Of a stretch of 64,000 bases of DNA, positions 13,002 through 64,000 are shown in pieces; positions within the stretch are counted from its first letter, which is position 1; each line of letters begins with the position of its first letter. The stretch spans positions 940,901-1,004,900 of the forward strand of contig CM082593.2 in assembly GCA_040954595.2 (NCBI GenBank), read 5' to 3'. The DNA is from Balanoglossus misakiensis. Its lineage: Eukaryota; Animalia; Hemichordata. The translations under genes were made by a program, and so were the position numbers. Below the pieces are notes generated by a model, which saw nothing but the letters and a program-made list of their open reading frames with translations, made no database searches and was not told the DNA's origin.

Positions 13002-14913
13002 TGATGCAGCATCTTGTAATGCTTTTGAGGTCATTGCCATGGGCACAGTGCCTTCAAAGCAAATACCATGTGTGTCTTCTTCACCTTAGCTTTTCTAGAT
13101 TTCAATGCAAGTTTTCATTGACATGTAAATCATAGAAAATGATTCAAACTAGAACAAATGTCATTTTCGTTTCCATGTGATGGAAAATACATCCAGTACA
13201 CCATTCAATCATTCAGTTACAGAAAATGATACCCTCAACTTGCAGTGTAATAAACAATATTTTTCATTATATTTCAAAATATACAAAAGCAGCATGAATA
13301 TATAAATCAAGGCTAAGAATAAAGTTCTATGATGTAAAAAGTTGCGGAAACAGTATTTCCTGATAGTATATAGTAAACATTTCTGATAACAGTACTGGAT
13401 ATAATTTTTTTTCAAAATAAATCTTACAGAATGATGTTGAAAGTGTGATTAAATTGTAGGATATAACGTTCTAGAAAGTAATAATCTAGTTTTTAGTTGG
13501 TTATTAATGGAGCTGTCAGAGAGTTCTAGTTTCATCCTTTGTGAGTAATACTGTTCATTTGGCCATTCAAAAATCCATTAAGAAAATGTCTTTTCACATA
13601 TCTGAAAATGTACTGTAAAATTCTGTATTGCGTTGGTTAGATTAAATACTGGAAATGATTTAAAGTAAAAAATGAGTTGGATGTCAAAACACAAAAGTGT
13701 GCATGTCTTCTGCATAGATTGATCAAATTTGTGTCTGAAAGCTTATTGGTTAATTTTGGTCACATGGTGAGCCAGCATCATGTTTCCGTAACCCATGTGG
13801 CTCACATAATGCTATAAAGCTACTTAAGGTCATACATCTTCACAACATTAGGGTGAAAATTATTCTGGTTATAAGAAAAATTGGAATTTCTACTATGGAA
13901 AATACATGATTGCTTTCTATAGTATGCAGCATTCCATTGAGATAGTGTACAAGCATTCTGTAAGATTTTATCGATTGCTGTAAATATCAAAATCATTTTT
14001 GCTGTAAAATTTTATTTACAAGATTCAAATCACATTACCTGAATTAATTTGTATTAGATTTGTTAAAATAAAGCAAAGGATTGTTTAAATATTGTTAGTC
14101 ACTCGTGTGTTAATAGTGCTTACCAGATTTTTATTCATGGGAGCAGGCAAAAGAAAAGCTGTTATGTTTGAAGTTCCCACTGTGCTTCCCAATCATGTAA
14201 ATTATCAACTTTCCCCTTGACTTGCAAGCACCATTGCAATTGCATCAGATTTTAAAGCATTTAAAGATAATCATCACATGTAGATGGTTTGTTAACTAAC
14301 ATGTTAAATACATTTCTTGCATATGTAGGTACTGTGTGATTCGATTGGCTGAATATTATTGGCATTTTACCGCACCAGAAAGCATGGTGACTAAATGAAC
14401 CAATTGGAAGAGGACTCATTTGCAATGAAATATTACAAAAAATTCCAAAGGCAGTTCAATTATTAGTACTGTATGAACTGTACCTGTGAAAACTCTTATT
14501 CAATAGGAAAATTATCAAAAGGCACATGTTGAACATGACATTCAAATTCTTCAAAATAAAACTTCTTTAAAGTAACAGATTATTCCCCTATCAAAAAGGC
14601 TCTCGTCTTATGAAACACATGTATTTTGTGATTGAATTCACATAAAGCTCTTCTTGAGTAAATATTCCCCTTTTGACCCTACACATAACGATATATACTT
14701 TTACTGACCTAATAGGGTCAATATTTCCTGATAAAATATAATAGTTTATATTTTGACTTTTCTCACCGGTTGCGTCACCAACTGAATATTGCAATGTATA
14801 TTTTGTGGTAGTATCTAAAGAGTGACCTGAGGTCAGTGTACAGCCCTGGTACAATACACTAAAATCCACAGGTCAATAAAGAACTTGTTGACCTCTTGGT
14901 CCTGGCATGTTTG

Positions 14914-58354
<43,441 letters not shown>

Positions 58355-61300
58355 CTCAGAAAACACACCTCCCACCTGGGCAGCACACGTCTTCCTGGTT
58401 GAGAAAATCTCCTGGTGGCAGACACGGATTTCTATCACCTCCAGTCACTACCCATGTATCGGCCTAAATTGTGAAACAACTTGAACGTCCTGTGTTTGGT
58501 AACAATTAAACACGAATGAAAACGAATAACATTTATGAAAACAGGTAATAAAAAGAAAGGCAAAGCTATCTGCATTTGAATGACCACCGTCCTTTGCTGA
58601 CCTTGTTTTCAGCGAAAGTATTTGAATGTGAAAAGAGAAAGGGAAATCTAATATGGAGTTCGCTCTAATCCATTTCACGGCCTGTACTGCGCGAAATAAA
58701 ATCGAAATGAACAGACGGTCCGATATAAAAATTGACCGAAATTTGTGAAACAACTCGCGTGCTTTCACCAGGGCACCGCCTAACGTTTATAAAGCTTTGA
58801 TTACTTTAAAAGGGAAAGTTAACAATGAATAACTGTCGAGATAAGTAGATACGAATCATAATGTCACTGGCTTCACTCCTCTGATCCAGACCTGTAACTT
58901 CCACGCGTACGCTTCTATGCTGGTTACACGAAACCATGGCCATAAAACATACTAAAAAAACGCTATTCCACAGTTCGTTTCGCTGTAAAGACACGACTTC
59001 TCTATATTATTGACGACAGGTATTTCAGGTCCAAAATGACCTGAGCTGACTGCACGTTTTCGAAGTTCTTGTATTCAATAACAACGTCTCACCTGTTAAC
59101 TGTGAGTACACTAAACGTAAGGGGATTCCAATTCCGGGCCACTAGTCCAGACTTCTGGCGAAATTATCCGTTTTTAACGGTGTCGACCTCTGAAATTGGT
59201 GTCGGTGTGCCCGTGGCAGCTTTAAGTGATCTCAATTCAGATCAACTTGAGTGTTACAAGGTGATAAACTAGGAAAGGCACACCCATATTTCGACACACA
59301 TCCACACCCTCACAACAGTGGCACAGTGGACGACAATAGAAAGTGGATCCAACTATTGTGAACAAAGGGTGGGTCGGTTTTTAATAGATGGGAGACGGCG
59401 CCATCGGCTATTATTAACTCTCGCAGAATGATATCACCAACCGTTTAAAATCTACGAGGGAAAGATCAACTATTTATGTGCCAAACGTTTGAAGTACACT
59501 AAATCTAGCAAAAAAAGACCATCTTTATAGAGGCTTCGTCTTCCAATTTTCTGTTGTGCGGTGGCGCTTGCTTTCCCATTCCTAGCAGATGGAAAATCGA
59601 CACTTTATGTCAACCTGTCAGGGACATACTCAGGATCTGCTGGGATTATGATTATTATTAGCTTGATGTATTCCCGGATAAAGACTATTATAATTGCTGT
59701 TTTGAAGTGACAAAACCCTGAGCAAGATATGTGGTTTTTGTCTATACCGCGTATTTCATTTTATTCCGACATTTCGTTATAGTTTACAGCACAAAGATCC
59801 CGCTCTGTTAAAACTAATATTTATTTTGTTATATATGCATGATATTTGGTACATTGGATTTCTTTACTAACCATGGATGAATAAAATAATTTAACTTCTG
59901 TCTTTTTTTAATTGAGTTCCGACAGGTTTCGATTACCCACTAAGATAGCTTTGTAACCATGGATTCCGTGATTCCTTTTTGAGTACGTGGTTTGGCAACT
60001 ACTACAACGACTTGAAGTATACGTAAATATCTTGTTTAAAAACGTGAAAGTCCTTAATTGTTACGTTAAAACAATTTCCCGATTTTCTGGCAATTTAAAC
60101 CGTAGATATTGGCGCCGCTTGAGCGCTTTTCCTTTACCCGATCTTGAACCAAAGTACGGTTTAAAAATTGTCGGAAAACTTGAGCCCGACAGAAACGAGA
60201 AGCAGCAGTTTGAAAGATTTTTTTAAAATAGTAAAACCATGTTCACCGCGTCAGATGACAGTTGACTGTAGGTTTGACCAAACACGTATCTACTATTCAT
60301 CCACCAAACCTTTGTATGGCCATGGATGTAGCTCTATTTTGGGTTATTACGCAAAACGACTGAAGTTGCCCGGAGTTGGACTAAATATCGAGGGCTAATG
60401 CCGCCCTCTATAGTCCAGAAAATGTGCCACTTTTGTTCTACCAAGACGCCTTTCGAGAAGAACAGCAGTTTCACACTGACAAAGGCTTAACACTTTTGAG
60501 CTAAAGTTTTATTTTTTGTACAATTTCATCTTACAAATGTACATTAACTTGTTGATATCAACTTAATATATGTTCAAACAACATTTTCGGCTGCAGGGAA
60601 AACAAAGCTAGTAAAACCATGTGGTTTGGGCGCTACCATTACACAACAAAAGCACTTCTAATGAAGCTGGTTCTTTTACAATCATTATATGCTTGTTATG
60701 TATCTTAATCATCCGTCTAGAAAGAAATCAAGAAAGGAAGGTTCATTTCTTGTGACTTCCACTCAGACAAAACTAAAACAAAACACAGCCAAGTAAAATT
60801 AACATGAAACCCACGAATGTGCATCATACCAAGAAACAACGTCTGCATTGATGTCATATTTGCACTGAAAACTTAGCAATGGCTCTTGCCTATCCCCCGC
60901 CAACAATTTTAGAACAAGCAACATGCAGGTCTTTAAAAATACAGAAATGCCCTAATGTTTGCTAGCATCAAAATTTCACCAGAATAACAAAATGGAAGAA
61001 CAGATAACAATTATTTCCTGTGGCACTTGACACATTATGTAGAATAGAATGCACTCTGAGAGGAAAACATATACTTCTATGCCTCATTACTGATGCTGTG
61101 TCTTAGAAAACATACTGCTCTGAAGGAGATTAATCTCAGACACAAAGTGGATATATAAGTATTACAATGTCAAAACCAAAAAGCAAAGAAAGGGTTCGGG
61201 TATGAATTTACTGCACTCCAATATTCCAGAAAAACAATGCAGTTTCATCCATGGATAATATATGAACACACCTAGTAATATGCCAAACTATACTTGAAGT

Positions 61301-62913
61301 TTATATAAGCACAAAACTTTGGCAAGTGAGAGGGTCATCCCAATCTCATGTGCTGTATGCTAAAAATAATTTGAACAGCCAGTATGGTTGATGAATTCTG
61401 TGTACAAGAACGCAACAGTTAATTGGGAGGTGAAGTTTTCAGTACTAAAGTGTTCAACCCTAGAGATAATTGGCATGAAACATTTTCAGCTGGAAAAAGA
61501 TAAAAGTCAACTACAATCATCTGCCTTCCTCTACAAAGCCAAAAAGTTAACCGCAATAAAACTATGTTGGGTATAATTTTCTACACTTTCCATGTTTTTG
61601 ATGTAAATATAATTTTTTCTATATATTATTATAAAGGTTTAAACTGAAATCGCAATAATTGTACATGTACTTTTTCAAGCATTTGGTTCAAATCAAAGAA
61701 GGTGCTCTATTTTATTTGTAAACAGTAAATTAGTGAAATGTAAACGTCAAAACTGTGCTAGTAATGAGAAACGCAACATTTAGTGGATAGTAAAAAATAA
61801 TTACATTGTATGGATACAAGCCCGAGGAATTTTGAGATTGGAGAAATGTTTGAATGACTTCATACTGTGTTTGTACCAAACCTGTATTTTGTGGGTTAAT
61901 CTCTTTGGAAAAACTCCCATTTGAAATGCTGTTGTTGTTTAAGTATATGTCCATGTTATCTATGCAGCATCAGGACTTCAATAGTACTTTTAATCAAATT
62001 AGTAATTATTCAGCAAATAAAATGGACCTCATGTTTTATAGGTTCCCTTTTCAATGGGAATCTTTGCCTTGTGCAAGCTGTTTGACTGAACCGAGAATTT
62101 CTAATAAGCTTTCTCATACTTACAAAAGAATAAACATATATATTTCTGCTAAGGGAAACATAAATACTATCACATCAAAGAATGGTCTCTCGAACTGTTA
62201 AAATAACCTTTACTACCCCTATTTTCCTGTATAATGGTCCAACCCTTGTTGAACAAAATGCGACTGGACCAGAGTTTAGTGATGGGAGCGTTGATAGCCA
62301 AGATGTTTGATTATACCACTAAGACATCAAACATCAACCACCTCTTAACAATAACAAAAATACACTGGTGGGTATCACCACGGTTACTAGTCTTGCGATG
62401 AGTCTAGTATAGCGCCCCATATGATTGGAAGTCATTTCTTTTGTTTTCGGTCACATGAACAGCAAGCACCTTTAATTAAAATACATGCACAAGTTCTCAA
62501 CATGTTTATAGTCGTACCATTGTCACTGTATACAAACAAAGAGGTCAAACAAATCCACAAAATCCAAGAGAGTTTCTTGTACCCCTTTAAAATGAAGCTG
62601 GCCTATTTCCATTGCCACATTTTCCCTCTTTCTACAGACATTCAAACATACATACACAAACACTCTTCAAAACCCCAGAAGACAGCCCAAATAAATGATA
62701 AAATGTGTCCTCTTTTGGCAAGTTTTTTTGTTTTTGTCTTTTTTTGCTGAATTTCGAAACACAAGGATTAAACAGTGTTAACAAGTTTGGCATGTATGAA
62801 CACAAAACACTTGTGCAATTCTTATTTTTATTTTGAAGGTTTATATTTTGACGTGACAGTTGTGAGTCCCACTCAGTCTCATCGTTGTCATGGTGATTTG
62901 TCTTCTTCAGTTT

Positions 62914-64000
62914 CTATGATGTTGGAGAAGTGGGCTTCATGAACTTGTCCGGACTTGACATAATTCTTGTCCTCTGTTATGGAAGTAGAAAAAAGTAAAA
63001 TGATATAATTAGCTTTCAAGTACTTTTTCGCACACATGCTTAATTAATCTTGCTTATCAGCGAGAACATGGAATGGGATTATAAGGGGGGAGGGTATACT
63101 TACATGTGCTGGTACCACATGAGGCATGGGCGGAGGAGAAGTACTTGACAGGCAGCCTACAGGTGTGGACTGGAAGGGTGTGTTCCCACAAGTTGAACAA
63201 CGGCTCACTGGCGAAGGTGGTGTAAATGCTACATTGTAATGACCTGCAGGGGAAAAATACAGATGCAGTTGTGAAATCATTGAGCTCTTACAGATGAGTG
63301 ACATACAACAGGGTTCCCATGATGGCCATTCACGACAAGAGAAACATGCAACCAAAATAGCTCAGCAGGAACAGTAAAAGGAAACACAACAAACACACGC
63401 TGAAAAGTAAAGTGACAACAAAACAGGATTCTTTTTTCTTGGCAACACAACCACACTTAAATTTCATTCATTTATTTTTTGGGGCAGCATGCCTGCTGAG
63501 ATTGCGAATGATCTCAAACTGATTGGAAACTGTTGCTTACCATTGTAGCTCCGAAAATAACTGGTGGTTGGGATAGTTTCAGAGTCTTTTGGGGAAAAAA
63601 GTACAGAGGTGGGAAGTGGGAAGACAATACAGAGAGAGAGAGGAATAGTTATGTGTACAAACATTCAAAGACAAGTGCATGTGTTTTGTGGTGAGGTTGT
63701 AGTGAAACCTAATGCAAGAAATGTTCAAGAAGACAGACATTTGTGGTCTCCAGAGGCATAAAATCCTAACATCATGAAGTCTGGCCAAACTTACCAGGAG
63801 ACATGGGTCTACTTGATGATGGAGAGTACGGAATTGGACTTGACCTTGTCCGAGGGCGTAGATTACCATGGGAAGCCATTTCATTGAACTGCCTTTCATC
63901 GTCCATTTCCAGACTGGATTCACTTTCTGAGAGCTGACGACTAAGAGCTTCTCTTCGTTCCATCTCCATCAACAATTTCCTCTGTAGCCGAAGATTTTCT
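62914..64000 (-). CDS. CCDC6: Coiled-coil domain-containing protein 6, last three coding exons (gene continues past the right edge)
   Basis: Exons >64000-63795, 63243-63104, 62973-62914 (TAG). Peptides [41 protein letters not shown]...[23 protein letters not shown]...FTPP...[11 protein letters not shown] closely match the CCDC6 C-terminus as I recall it. Confidence 0.92.

Noticed and set aside
59000-60480. CpG-richer intergenic stretch with short ORFs, possibly a transposon remnant
   Set aside because: No terminal repeats, target-site duplication or recognisable protein motif found.

Overview
AT-rich, intron-dense animal genomic DNA; gene content and repeat types suggest a marine invertebrate, probably a non-vertebrate deuterostome (inference only). 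I reconstructed exons by hand from splice sites and reading-frame phase. Contents, left to right: a probable first coding exon leaving the window (211-248, -); a ~2 kb Helentron/HINE-like non-autonomous element (547-2592); a 9-exon proteinase K/aqualysin-type S8 protease with an unusual C-terminal Cys-rich module (2908-6056, -); a 19-exon neutral ceramidase, ASAH2-like, head-to-head with it (7318-13001, +); a ~90-exon, ~5460-aa giant cadherin (14914-58354, -); and the last three coding exons of CCDC6 (62914-64000, -). The cadherin has PCDH15-type ends (EC1-3, MAD12/PICA-like domain, TM, C-terminal -TKL). It has about 39 EC repeats instead of 11, including a triplicated 14-exon/7-EC module with patchy exon homogenisation, a 3-kb mucin exon with a 36-bp VNTR inserted among the EC repeats, and an RRKR convertase site near the membrane. 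Family comparisons come from recalled sequences, not from database searches.
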